From: a virus | IMG/VR virus record: IMGVR_UViG_3300037521_000345 | Span: 1 to 64,000 of that record | Strand: one strand, 5' to 3' | Length of the DNA: 64,000 bases | Part shown: in pieces, positions 19,527 to 29,829 of the stretch | Position numbering within the stretch: the stretch's first letter is position 1 | How the letters are laid out: every line of letters begins with the position of its first letter | Program-made: the position numbers and the translations under genes | Notes under the pieces: model-generated | What the model saw: only the letters and a program-made list of their open reading frames with translations | The model's database searches: none | What the model was told of the DNA's origin: nothing

Positions 19527-20481
19527 TGAATATGATAAACTCTTATCTTATTTAGATGCAAACTCATTTAAAACGCCTGTTAAGCGTAAGAAAGAAATAA
19601 GTTTTAAAGATAAAAAAGAAGCTGTTAAAAAATCAACTAAAAAATTAATTGAAGAATCTCAAATACATAGTTATATACCGCCATCAGCGGATCCGATTTT
19701 TCAACAGTATAATAAATCAGTTGGTTTTGATGTTATAGCATTTGAAAAAGGAATGAGACAAAAATTAATTGAAGAATATAAGAAAGTACAAACGTATGAA
19801 AGACCTTATATTTCTGTTACAGAGATTTGCAGCTGTATAAGGTCTAATTTTTATAATAGAATGAAGTATAAGATAGATCTAAAAAAGAAATTTAGATTTT
19901 CATATTTATACTTGATACAAAGAATCGGTAATGAAATTCATAACGTTGTTCAGGATCTCTACAACTTTAACGAGACTGAAAAAACAATAGTAAGTGAAAC
20001 GTTTAAAGTTAAAGGAAGAGTTGATGGGATTCGAGAGAGTTATCTATATGAACTCAAAAGTATAGATGAAGACAAATTAAAAGGAAAGCATATAGTAGAA
20101 CATTATCATCAAGGTATAATATATGCTTATATTTTAAATACGGAATATGAATATAAAATTAAAAAAATTGTTATTGTATATTTTATAAGAAATCTAAAGA
20201 AGGTTATTCCTTTTGATTTACCCTTGGATAACTCCCTTGCAAAATCCCTCCTTGAAAGAGCTATTATTCTTAAATCTTCCCTTAATAAAAATGAAGTTCC
20301 GGATCCATTAGGAGCAACTAATGATCAATGCCACTGGTGTTTATTTAAGACATACTGTGAAAGCGATAAGTGTCACCAAGTGCTGCAACCATGGAAAAAA
20401 TCTAAAAAAGTTAAGGAACAGAAGAAAGACAGTCCAACAGAAGTTAAAAGAAATAAAAAAGAGGCAGTCTTCCTTCTATAA
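19510..20481 (+). CDS. Cas4-like PD-(D/E)XK exonuclease
   Basis: ISVTEICSC, GRVDG, YELKS, QGIIY, CHWCLFKTYC Fe-S staple. Confidence 0.8.
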   Translation: MTNLSNEYDKLLSYLDANSFKTPVKRKKEISFKDKKEAVKKSTKKLIEESQIHSYIPPSADPIFQQYNKSVGFDVIAFEKGMRQKLIEEYKKVQTYERPYISVTEICSCIRSNFYNRMKYKIDLKKKFRFSYLYLIQRIGNEIHNVVQDLYNFNETEKTIVSETFKVKGRVDGIRESYLYELKSIDEDKLKGKHIVEHYHQGIIYAYILNTEYEYKIKKIVIVYFIRNLKKVIPFDLPLDNSLAKSLLERAIILKSSLNKNEVPDPLGATNDQCHWCLFKTYCESDKCHQVLQPWKKSKKVKEQKKDSPTEVKRNKKEAVFLL

Positions 20482-20496
20482 TTGGAGGAATGATAA

Positions 20497-21801
20497 ATGA
20501 TTGTTGTATACCCAATGATGGTATCAAATGCGGTATCTGAAAATACGCTTCCTGCACTTGGTAAAATGATGGAGCTATATATTTTAATTTATATGCAAGA
20601 TGATGTTTTGGGTTCAATGAATGGTAAGTTTGGAGGACCAAGACCAAAATTGAGATATAAAGTTAAAGGAAAAAAAATAATAGGTGAATCCATTGAGTTG
20701 ACTGAAGCTAATGATGATGATGTATTATATGGAGGTGAAACTCCAGGAACTAAAGGTGAAGACAATATTAATAGACAAGATTATGAAGATGCAAAAAGAG
20801 TAAGAAAAAAAGGGTCAGAAGAGTTTAAAAAAATATATGCAGCAAGAGAAGAATTAAGAAAAGAGAAAGAAGATTTACAAAAAGAAAAAGAAAAATTAGA
20901 AAGAACAGAAGCAGAAGCAAAAAAAATAATTAAAGATTTAAAAGTTGCACAAAATAAAGAAAAAAGAGAAGATGAAAAACTTAGAATAGATCAAGAAAGG
21001 ATGAGACAACAAACAGTTATTAATAAAAGTAGAGAGGAACAAGATAAAAATAAATTAGCTCATCAACAAAATATGGATAAACAAAAATTACTCATCGCAC
21101 AAGCTAAAGAGGAAAGAGAAAAAAGAAAAGAAGCAGAAGAAAGAAAAGATAAAGCTGCTAAAGTTAGAATACAAATGTCAGATAGACAGATTACAATAGA
21201 ACCAACTTGGATGACAGTGGAAACTGATAAATTTGGAAGTCAATTGATTGGAATTAAAGTCGTTCCCTATCGAGTTAAATCAGATGCTAAATTATCTCAT
21301 TTAATAATGCACGATACAAAAATTAAAGGAATTAGTGCATTAACTATTCCACTTGGTAGAAAAATTATAGGAATAATGTTAAGATTAACCCATAAAGGAC
21401 CTGTAACAGGAGATCCTAAAAGAGATATTATTTATAGAACAACATCTCATAGAGCAGAAACATTTGTAGTTCTTGAAAAAAATCATGATGTTGATGAATA
21501 TTTTCTTAACAATACAGGAAAAATAAATAGATTATTTAAATTAGGTTGGGGTAATTTCATTATTGCTGATGATGTACTCCAAATAGCTCATTTCTGTATG
21601 CGAGCACAAAAGGGAATATGTCAAGGAATGAGTTACAGAATGATGTATAAAACGTTAGGTCAATCAGGAATTTATGAAGATCTAGAAGATGTAAGAAAAC
21701 AAAATGCATCATTATTTAAAATGAAAAGAGTTCGATTTACCAAACTGCTGGGAGAATCTAAAGCAGAAGATAAATTAATAAATTACCAGGAGAGGCAATA
21801 A
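20497..21801 (+). CDS. hypothetical protein with long charged coiled coil
   Basis: 434 aa ORF, E/K/R-rich central region. Confidence 0.75.
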   Translation: MIVVYPMMVSNAVSENTLPALGKMMELYILIYMQDDVLGSMNGKFGGPRPKLRYKVKGKKIIGESIELTEANDDDVLYGGETPGTKGEDNINRQDYEDAKRVRKKGSEEFKKIYAAREELRKEKEDLQKEKEKLERTEAEAKKIIKDLKVAQNKEKREDEKLRIDQERMRQQTVINKSREEQDKNKLAHQQNMDKQKLLIAQAKEEREKRKEAEERKDKAAKVRIQMSDRQITIEPTWMTVETDKFGSQLIGIKVVPYRVKSDAKLSHLIMHDTKIKGISALTIPLGRKIIGIMLRLTHKGPVTGDPKRDIIYRTTSHRAETFVVLEKNHDVDEYFLNNTGKINRLFKLGWGNFIIADDVLQIAHFCMRAQKGICQGMSYRMMYKTLGQSGIYEDLEDVRKQNASLFKMKRVRFTKLLGESKAEDKLINYQERQ

Positions 21802-21802
21802 A

Positions 21803-22474
21803 ATGGAATATGATATCTTAGTTGAGGATTATATTGAAACCTTATATGTATGTGAAGAGTTTCAATATCTTGATGAATCCTTTAAAGAATTTTTTAGTAA
21901 ACTAACACCTCCAAAAATGAAACAAATTTTATCTAAAACTTATGAAAAAGCAGCATCAAAAGATTTACAAGGATTTTTGAACTTAGCAAAAAAGTTTGGA
22001 TTAGATATAAATAAGATTAAACCAAAAGATATAAAAAATGTTGCTAATCAACTTCCAGAGGAAATTCAAAAAGGAGCTGAATTTTCTAGAAGAGTTATTA
22101 GAAATTCAATTCCAAAAGCTTCAAAAAGTGGTGTTAATGCTGCATCTTATTTTGTTGCAGTTTTAGCTAAATATAAGAGTCAAAAAACAGCAAATTATAT
22201 GGGATCTTTAAAAACTGAATTAAAAGGTTTTGTTGGTAAAGTGCAACAATTTTATGAAGAAGCAGAAGAAAAAGCAAGTCAAGCTGGAGAAAGAGTTCTT
22301 CCAGAAGATATAGCAGATATGGCAATTGCAATTGGAACTGTCGTTGCTTTATCAGCACTTACTGTTATGGCTGTACTTGCCACATATGCTATCCTTCAAG
22401 TCGTAGTTTGGTTTGTTATAATTGCTGTTGGAGTTGCTTTAATGAGGTGGGCAATGGCAGCTGGAACATATTAG
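21803..22474 (+). CDS. hypothetical membrane protein
   Basis: 223 aa with C-terminal hydrophobic hairpin. Confidence 0.7.
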   Translation: MEYDILVEDYIETLYVCEEFQYLDESFKEFFSKLTPPKMKQILSKTYEKAASKDLQGFLNLAKKFGLDINKIKPKDIKNVANQLPEEIQKGAEFSRRVIRNSIPKASKSGVNAASYFVAVLAKYKSQKTANYMGSLKTELKGFVGKVQQFYEEAEEKASQAGERVLPEDIADMAIAIGTVVALSALTVMAVLATYAILQVVVWFVIIAVGVALMRWAMAAGTY

Positions 22475-22491
22475 TAATAAGGAATAATAAA

Positions 22492-23103
22492 ATGGAATCA
22501 AAAACAATAAGTTCAAACGTAGAAAAATTAGAACTATATAGTGATGAACATCCATTTAGTTTACGTCTTCGTATAAGAAATTTTGAAAGTGAAACTTTAT
22601 ATAAAAAATTTGTAAAAAATACTGAAATGTTAGTTAGAAGATGTAGTGAATATAAATTATGGACAAGCTATATTAAAGAAGTTTTACAGCAAAATTGCTG
22701 TATGATTACAAATGAAACAAATTTTGAAGTTACTGTTGAAGTTCATCATCATATCCCATCAATGTTCGTTCTCGTTTCAGCATTAGTCAACCAAAAGATT
22801 GAAGAAAATATTGATTTCTGTAGCTTTGACATTGCCTCCGAAGCTATAAAATTACATTTTGAAAATCGTATTGGTTATGTTTGTTTAGTTAAGACAATAC
22901 ATGAGAAATTTCATAATGGATATTTAACAATACCACATGAATTTATTAAAGGAAATTATAGATATTTTGTCGATAACTATACAAGATATTTAGATGAATT
23001 GGATCTTGATGAAATACATCAAAGAATGACAATAAACGAGAGTAATTGTACCTGGAGTAGAGATGAATATCCAATTCAAATTCATGGAGGAATTAATGGA
23101 TAA
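22492..23103 (+). CDS. hypothetical protein, possible His-Me finger (HNH-like)
   Basis: SD supports ATG 22492; CCMIT...EVHHH...HEKFHNG. Confidence 0.6.
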   Translation: MESKTISSNVEKLELYSDEHPFSLRLRIRNFESETLYKKFVKNTEMLVRRCSEYKLWTSYIKEVLQQNCCMITNETNFEVTVEVHHHIPSMFVLVSALVNQKIEENIDFCSFDIASEAIKLHFENRIGYVCLVKTIHEKFHNGYLTIPHEFIKGNYRYFVDNYTRYLDELDLDEIHQRMTINESNCTWSRDEYPIQIHGGING

Positions 23104-23504
23104 TGCCATTCACTATTGATAAAGAAGCTAGAACTAGAGCGAGAACAGCTATTGACTTTGAAAAGTTGAGTGATCGTCTTAAAACAAATAATAATTATTT
23201 TACGTTTCCTGATCCTAATTTAGAAACTCTTGAAAAAAATATTTATTATCTTTTAAAAAATTCACAGGAAGTTGTTTTTGATAATTCGAGATATAAATAT
23301 AGACCCGACTATGTAAGTTTTGATTATTATGGAACTCCTGCTTTAGATAAGGTATTAATGTTTGTGAATGGAATAACAACAGTTGAAGATTTTGTTAACT
23401 TAACAGTTATTGTTATTCCTAGTTTAACTTCTATTACTTTTATGTTAAAAGATAATTTTGATCCAGGTAAAGATATTGAAGACCTGGAATCAGTGGGGTG
23501 GTAA
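23103..23504 (+). CDS. baseplate wedge protein, gp53/LysM-like
   Basis: YKYRPDYVSFDYYG...LMFVNGI motif; adjacent to gp5-like hub. Confidence 0.65.
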   Translation: MPFTIDKEARTRARTAIDFEKLSDRLKTNNNYFTFPDPNLETLEKNIYYLLKNSQEVVFDNSRYKYRPDYVSFDYYGTPALDKVLMFVNGITTVEDFVNLTVIVIPSLTSITFMLKDNFDPGKDIEDLESVGW

Positions 23505-24401
23505 ATGATAGTAATTAAAGATAACTTTAGATTAGTTAGTAATGTTCCCAATGTAATAAAATTATCTCCCGCTATGATTAAAAATTATACGTATGAGGAA
23601 AATAGTCCGCGTCATATTTTTGCATTTTTGGAGTTGAAGAGAAAGAGTATTCCTCATTTTACAAATAATACAATATTTAAATTAATTTCAAATAAAAAAT
23701 TACGTGAAACGGTACAGGTTGTAGATCTAGAACAATATCCTCTTCACGTTTCATATAATATTCCAACTAAAGGAATGATTACAAATTTAAATCCATTTGG
23801 TGTAAAAGAGATTTCAAGTTTAAGTGCTAATGATTTATACGCTTGTTTGGTATATTCATATGCATTTTCAAAGTTGGTTACAAAAAAATTTAAAATATCT
23901 GAATCCTATTCTAAACATATCATTGACTTTTTACTATCTATGTATGTTCAATTATTTGGAAGAAAGTATGGATTATTAGCAACATATTCATCTGGTATTT
24001 CAAAGTTAAAGTTTTTACTTGCTTGCTATATATATGCTGCTTTCTTTGGATATAAAAATGGAATACAATTATTTAAAACTGCATCCAGAGCAGCTCCATA
24101 TTTATATAATAATGAAATAGATTTATTATTAAAATATGACTTTAGTAAAATTGAAGATTTTGTTAAAGCTTTATCTGAAACAAAAGTTATGCCCGGTATT
24201 AATTTAATAAGATTTACAGCAACAATTCACGCTTTTATGAAGATTGAAATGTTAGCAGCATTGGAAGATGTTTCAAGATTTTTTTCTGTTTTATTGACTT
24301 CTAATATTCCAGGAGCAAGAGTGGTTCCAACATTTATTTCAAAATACAATGAAAGAGCTTATTTTAATATTATAGATATTATGCGAGGGATCTTTAAATG
24401 A
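23505..24401 (+). CDS. hypothetical protein
   Basis: 298 aa ORF in operon. Confidence 0.7.
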   Translation: MIVIKDNFRLVSNVPNVIKLSPAMIKNYTYEENSPRHIFAFLELKRKSIPHFTNNTIFKLISNKKLRETVQVVDLEQYPLHVSYNIPTKGMITNLNPFGVKEISSLSANDLYACLVYSYAFSKLVTKKFKISESYSKHIIDFLLSMYVQLFGRKYGLLATYSSGISKLKFLLACYIYAAFFGYKNGIQLFKTASRAAPYLYNNEIDLLLKYDFSKIEDFVKALSETKVMPGINLIRFTATIHAFMKIEMLAALEDVSRFFSVLLTSNIPGARVVPTFISKYNERAYFNIIDIMRGIFK

Positions 24402-25471
24402 AAAGTAAAGAATATTTAAAACAGATACAAGAGATTAAATCTGTTAAGGTCGCTTGGGATCCAAACACTGAATCTAATCTTGCTGGATATAGAATTCATT
24501 ATGGAACATCTCCAGGAAAATATAGTCAAACCATTGATGTTGGAAATCCAATTAATAAAGAAAACACATTATGCGAGACAACAATTGATTTAGTTCCAGG
24601 AACTAAATATTTTATATCAATTTCAGCTTATGATACAAACAATAAAGAATCTGCATATTCAAAAGAAATAGTTAAAGAAATTGCTGTTGATACAGCAATC
24701 CTATATGGAGCGGTTGTTGCTACAGTTCTAATTGTAAAAGAGTTAATATTATTTTTTATATTTATAGCTCAAATAGCAGCTCAAACTAAAGTAGATAAAA
24801 GAAGATCAAAACAAATAAATGATATAATTAAAAAAATGGGTGTTAAGAGAATAATTTCAGTTCATATAGTTCCTCATAAAGAACCAAATGCATTTACTCC
24901 TGGAGGAAAGTATATCTATATTACGTCTGGTCTTTTAAAAATGTTAACTGAAAGAGAGTCTATGGCAGTTCTTTTACATGAAGTTTATCATACTATTGAT
25001 CATCATATTATTAAAAGAATGGCAACTGAATTTCCCTTATATTATATAGCAGCTCCGATAGCTATTACAGCAGCTCTATCAGTTGGATCATCAATAATAT
25101 TTATATCAATAACATCTATGATTGTTTTTATTATAACTATGTCATTTTTAAAGATTCCCTTAACACTTTTACTTTATAGAAAGCATGAGTATGATGCTGA
25201 TAATTATGCTATAAAAGCTGGATACGGAAAAGAAATTGCATCCTCATTATCTAAATTAGAAAAAGCATATATTAAAGCAACACAAGGTCATAAGTGTGGA
25301 GTAATTTGTAAAGTTATTAGACGTATTGAAGAAGCAATGGATGAGCATCCGCCAATACGTAAAAGGATTGAACAAGCATTAAAAAATGTAGAGCTTATGA
25401 AAGCTATAGCAAAAGCAAAGATATCATCTATCACTATTATAGTAAAAAACTTTTTTGGTAAAGGAAAATAA
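24398..25471 (+). CDS. FN3 domain + M48 (HtpX-like) membrane zinc metalloprotease
   Basis: VAWDPNTESNLAGYRIHYG FN3; PNAF, LLHEVYH, HEYDAD, HPP..KRI; TM segments. Confidence 0.85.
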   Translation: MKSKEYLKQIQEIKSVKVAWDPNTESNLAGYRIHYGTSPGKYSQTIDVGNPINKENTLCETTIDLVPGTKYFISISAYDTNNKESAYSKEIVKEIAVDTAILYGAVVATVLIVKELILFFIFIAQIAAQTKVDKRRSKQINDIIKKMGVKRIISVHIVPHKEPNAFTPGGKYIYITSGLLKMLTERESMAVLLHEVYHTIDHHIIKRMATEFPLYYIAAPIAITAALSVGSSIIFISITSMIVFIITMSFLKIPLTLLLYRKHEYDADNYAIKAGYGKEIASSLSKLEKAYIKATQGHKCGVICKVIRRIEEAMDEHPPIRKRIEQALKNVELMKAIAKAKISSITIIVKNFFGKGK

Positions 25472-26434
25472 ATGGACGATGGTGTTGTTAATAGACTGTA
25501 TGGAAATTATCGTGCTGAAGTTATTGATAATAAAGATACAGAAAAATTTGGGAGAGTTAAAATATGGATTCCCGATTTGATGCCTGAAATAGAAAAACAA
25601 AAAGGACTGTGGGCGAGACCTGCAAATAATCCAATTGGAGGTCGAAATACAGAAGGTGATACTGAAAGTCATTATATGGGAACTTCATATATTCCAAAGA
25701 AAGGTTCATGGGTTTGGATTTTTTTCGAGACGGGTAATATAAATAGACCTTATTATTTTGGAGCTCTTGATTTACAAAATACTAAAGTGTTACCCGAGAA
25801 TCAAGTGGGAACTAACTATGAAGATAAGTGGACAATATTTAAAAGTCATAAGGGACGAACTATCATTATCTCTGATGATCCTTATGATCGAAGAGTTGAA
25901 ATAACAGGTCGTAAAATAAAATTAACTGGTAATGCTCCCACTGGTGGAATAGATTCTGTATATGAAATTGACGCAAATCAAAATACTATTCTATTAGATG
26001 AACGAAAAGATAAAGAAAAGATTTTAATTAGGACGTATAAGGGTGACTTTATTCATATAGATATTGATGAACAAAAACTTCAAATGTATTTTAAAAACGA
26101 TATTATCATAAAGACAGATGGTTCATTATATCTTGAAGCAAAAGAAGATATGCATATCAGAGCAACAACTGGTGATATAAAAGTAGAAGCTAGTTCAAAG
26201 GATGTTAATATTAAAGCTGCTGGAGATCTCAAATCATCTGCTGGAAATAGCATACAAGAGTTATCTGGTAGAGATCATAACGTTCAAGCTTTATATAATA
26301 TAAATAGACAAGCTGGTACTAATATTAATCATGATGCTGGAACTCTTGTTAATGAACAAGCAGGTGCTTCACCACCAGCAGAGCAAGGAGTATCACCGGA
26401 ACCAGCAGATCCGAAAGGAGAAAGGGATACATAA
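25472..26434 (+). CDS. baseplate hub/spike protein, gp5/VgrG OB-fold
   Basis: YRAEVIDNKDTEKFGRVKIWIP, WARP, P..GSWVWIFFE.GN..RPYYFG; beta-helix-like C-terminus. Confidence 0.8.
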   Translation: MDDGVVNRLYGNYRAEVIDNKDTEKFGRVKIWIPDLMPEIEKQKGLWARPANNPIGGRNTEGDTESHYMGTSYIPKKGSWVWIFFETGNINRPYYFGALDLQNTKVLPENQVGTNYEDKWTIFKSHKGRTIIISDDPYDRRVEITGRKIKLTGNAPTGGIDSVYEIDANQNTILLDERKDKEKILIRTYKGDFIHIDIDEQKLQMYFKNDIIIKTDGSLYLEAKEDMHIRATTGDIKVEASSKDVNIKAAGDLKSSAGNSIQELSGRDHNVQALYNINRQAGTNINHDAGTLVNEQAGASPPAEQGVSPEPADPKGERDT

Positions 26435-27177
26435 TGGCAATATTACCTGTTGAAAGATCAATGTGTAATAAAATGGTGTTTGATTTTACCGGATTAATTT
26501 CACCATCACAATCAATAGAAAGTATAATAAGAGGTAAATCAAATCAGATCCAAGCTCTTTTAAATGGTTTGATTTCATCCCCACAGTCAGCAATTGATGC
26601 TGCCATATCTAATTTAACAGGCATGGTAGATAATGTAATACCAACTGCTACATTAAGTGATATGAGAGCACTAAAAAGATTTATTGAAGAATGTGAGTAT
26701 CTAAGTGGACTTTCAGCAATTGCAGCAATGTTAGGAGCATTAAACTCAATATATGATAAGATAAATGGATTCTTTGATAATATTGGTGCCACTCTTCCAG
26801 AGTTTGATATTAGTAAAATTGCCAGTATAATAAATGATTTATTAGGCGGAAGAGGAATGAATATCTCAAATCTATTAAAAGATTTAGATAAATTACTCAA
26901 CTGTATTGCATTATATTGTGGTGGAGAATATCCAAATCAATTAACAAATATGACTACTGCACTAAATCAAACTTATTCTAATTTGAATATAACAAGTAAT
27001 CCAGGAAGTTCAAGTTATGGAGATTTTGATTTTAAAACATTATATGATGACGCAGGATTATCATTAACACAGATGGGTCAAATTGATCAAGTTACAGCAG
27101 CAGCTGATGGAGAAAAAGATAGAGCTGAATCAACAATCAAAGATGCGATTGATATTTATAAGGAGAATTTATTATAA
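26434..27177 (+). CDS. hypothetical protein (baseplate cluster)
   Basis: 247 aa ORF, translationally coupled. Confidence 0.7.
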   Translation: MAILPVERSMCNKMVFDFTGLISPSQSIESIIRGKSNQIQALLNGLISSPQSAIDAAISNLTGMVDNVIPTATLSDMRALKRFIEECEYLSGLSAIAAMLGALNSIYDKINGFFDNIGATLPEFDISKIASIINDLLGGRGMNISNLLKDLDKLLNCIALYCGGEYPNQLTNMTTALNQTYSNLNITSNPGSSSYGDFDFKTLYDDAGLSLTQMGQIDQVTAAADGEKDRAESTIKDAIDIYKENLL

Positions 27178-27740
27178 TGAGTGATGCTAGTGATAAACTA
27201 AGAGAAATGATTGGTGATGCTGAAACTGAATCAGAGAATTTACAAAGTAGCATATCACAAATTGATGATATTAAAGAGGATGTAACAGAACAAATTTCAG
27301 CAATTGAAGATGGTATGTGTACAGTTGCTGCAGATGATTTAACTACATATTTAACAGATGTTAAACTTCCAGAATTTCAGGTAATTCAACCTACTGCTAT
27401 TTTAAGTTTTGGTGGAGATTATGGAAGTATTGATTATGATGATGGAAATATAACAGATTGGGAAATATATTATATGACTATTGTTATACCACCAGCAGTT
27501 TCAGTAAAAGTTGTATTATATGAATATGAAGGAACTGGTTGGGATAATGATGAAGAAATTATTAAATGGGTTGAAGATTATGATTTTGGAAATGATTATT
27601 TAACAAGACCTTTAGACTCTGGTGCAACATATGGTTTGATTCCATATAAAGAAAATTTAGATTCAGCTCTTGATATTTTAAATAATAATAAAGATAAGGT
27701 TGATGATTCAGTAGCAGCTTTAGGAGATTATGCAACATAA
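27177..27740 (+). CDS. hypothetical acidic protein (baseplate cluster)
   Basis: 187 aa ORF, translationally coupled. Confidence 0.7.
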   Translation: MSDASDKLREMIGDAETESENLQSSISQIDDIKEDVTEQISAIEDGMCTVAADDLTTYLTDVKLPEFQVIQPTAILSFGGDYGSIDYDDGNITDWEIYYMTIVIPPAVSVKVVLYEYEGTGWDNDEEIIKWVEDYDFGNDYLTRPLDSGATYGLIPYKENLDSALDILNNNKDKVDDSVAALGDYAT

Positions 27741-27758
27741 ATATTGGAGTTAAAATAA

Positions 27759-28214
27759 ATGAAAAAATATATTTTTTTAATTTTATTACTAATTATAAGT
27801 TGGAGTTGTTGGGCATGGGCAGAAAGTAAATTATATGTATTTGGAGATGCAGCAGTTCTATCTGGATTTTATGTAATCAATAAAGCAACTGGAGAAAGAA
27901 TAGGTTATATTGCTGTAGGAACGAGTGGTGAATTTGAGATGACAATTGAACTAGAATTAGTTCCAGTTTATATTGCAGATGGTGATAAACCTCCGCCTGA
28001 TCCTACATGGATTCCTAATAAGGAAAATGCTTTTCAAACTAGTTGCAATACTTGTCATAGTCAGGAAACAGAAGATAAATTTGAGTTTGAAAAATGGAAA
28101 ACAAAACTTGTAGATTGGACTAATGATCTTAATGCACCAAATGATGATGGTCATAAAAAGCATATGAAGATAGAGAAACCAGTTGTTTGCACTGCATGCC
28201 ATAGAAGAATTTAA
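27759..28214 (+). CDS. exported putative di-heme c-type cytochrome
   Basis: Signal peptide MKKYIFLILLLIISWSCWAWA; two CxxCH motifs (CNTCH, CTACH). Confidence 0.7.
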   Translation: MKKYIFLILLLIISWSCWAWAESKLYVFGDAAVLSGFYVINKATGERIGYIAVGTSGEFEMTIELELVPVYIADGDKPPPDPTWIPNKENAFQTSCNTCHSQETEDKFEFEKWKTKLVDWTNDLNAPNDDGHKKHMKIEKPVVCTACHRRI

Positions 28215-28231
28215 ATAATTAAAGGAGAATT

Positions 28232-29278
28232 ATGCCATACAGTTCTAGATTGACAGATATATGGACAGGTATTTGCTGTTGTCATAAAAATCCTAAATGT
28301 ATATCAATGAGTGGACCTGTAATAACTGGAGCACCCAAGAATAAATCTGGTAGTTTAATACAAGCATTTTTAACTTCAATGACACAAGGAACTTGTGGTC
28401 ATACAGGAAAAATTATAACAGCGAGTGCTACAGTTAAAACAGCATCTCTTGGTAAAGCTAGAGTTGGAGATATTGTAACCGGTTGTAATATGGGTAAAAT
28501 GATTACAGGATTACCAAAGCATAATGTTGAATCAGGCACTTCAAATGTAATCTCAACCAAGATAACATTTCAAGATCAAATTATTGAGTTTACAGAAGTT
28601 GATTATGGAAATGTTGATGATGATGCAGATACAGATGATGGACTAAATATATTTCCTCCAGTTACAACTAGAGCACCAACACAAGAGGAACAAGATAGAT
28701 CGGATGCATTAGATGTATCTCCAATAACAGAAGTAGCAGAAGATGTAACAGCAACTAATACATCCACTCCACCAATACTATGTGATGAAGTTGGCGATGT
28801 TGCTGATCCTGATTTTCAACTATCAGCTAATTATCAATTGAAAGAGTTATCAACAAAAGCTATTATCTCCCATGATTATGTAAGAGCACAACATAGTTTG
28901 AGTGTTGCTGATATTGTTTGTAATCTTCAAGCAGTAGCACAATTTGTACTTGAACCATTGGTAACAGCATATGGAAAAGAGAACTTTATTATAACATCAG
29001 GATTTAGATCTGGAAGTTCAATATCACAACACGAAAGAGGACAAGCTGTTGATATTCAATTTCCATTATATACAAATGAGCAAGTCTATGATGTTGCAAA
29101 TATAATGAAAAATACATATGACTTTGATCAATTCATTTTGGAGTATGGAGGAAATAGACCCTGGATTCACTGCTCATTCAATCGAGCTGGTAATCGAACA
29201 AATATAGCATCTAATAAATTTGGAACTAGAATATCACCAGGTAATTATATCTGGAGATCAATTAAATATATGACTTAA
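28232..29278 (+). CDS. PAAR-like spike tip domain fused to M15-family peptidoglycan peptidase
   Basis: N-term SRLTD...GICCCH, TCGHTGKII, KARVGD; C-term TSGFRS, SQHERGQAVDI, WIHCS. Confidence 0.75.
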   Translation: MPYSSRLTDIWTGICCCHKNPKCISMSGPVITGAPKNKSGSLIQAFLTSMTQGTCGHTGKIITASATVKTASLGKARVGDIVTGCNMGKMITGLPKHNVESGTSNVISTKITFQDQIIEFTEVDYGNVDDDADTDDGLNIFPPVTTRAPTQEEQDRSDALDVSPITEVAEDVTATNTSTPPILCDEVGDVADPDFQLSANYQLKELSTKAIISHDYVRAQHSLSVADIVCNLQAVAQFVLEPLVTAYGKENFIITSGFRSGSSISQHERGQAVDIQFPLYTNEQVYDVANIMKNTYDFDQFILEYGGNRPWIHCSFNRAGNRTNIASNKFGTRISPGNYIWRSIKYMT

Positions 29279-29291
29279 GAGGTAATTAATT

Positions 29292-29810
29292 ATGAGACTG
29301 CCATTTAAAGCAGCATTATTAAATATCAGACGTGGACCAGTAAAGTGGATTATTATTCATCATACAGCAGAATTATATGAAGCTCCTGAGACACGAATTG
29401 ACAATGCTAAATTTCAATTACCCGGTATCACAAATGGTGTCTTAGAAAAATCAGCTCCAGATATAAATTACAACTATATTATTGAAAAAATCAAAGAAGA
29501 TTATATTCCAATCGTGTGTCGTCCTGTTTCAAGTCTATGTGAATGGGACGACATATCTGATGCTATAAATAAACGAGCTGTTCATATTGCATTAATGGGC
29601 AGTTATGACTTCAAAGTTCCTGAGCGAAGACTATATGAAGTTCTCTCCTATCGCTTAATAAGTCCAATGATAAAAATTTATGGACTCTCTCCATCCCGCG
29701 TCAAGTTTCATAGAGACGTATCTAATAATAAACAATTATCTTGTCCTGGAGATTTCGCTGATCGAGGCAAATTAGAATCGACAATTAAACGTTTTATGAT
29801 AACAAGATAA
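29292..29810 (+). CDS. N-acetylmuramoyl-L-alanine amidase (Amidase_2)
   Basis: IIIHHTA, FHRD, SCPG zinc ligands. Confidence 0.75.
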   Translation: MRLPFKAALLNIRRGPVKWIIIHHTAELYEAPETRIDNAKFQLPGITNGVLEKSAPDINYNYIIEKIKEDYIPIVCRPVSSLCEWDDISDAINKRAVHIALMGSYDFKVPERRLYEVLSYRLISPMIKIYGLSPSRVKFHRDVSNNKQLSCPGDFADRGKLESTIKRFMITR

Positions 29811-29829
29811 TTCATTTTTAAAATCACCT

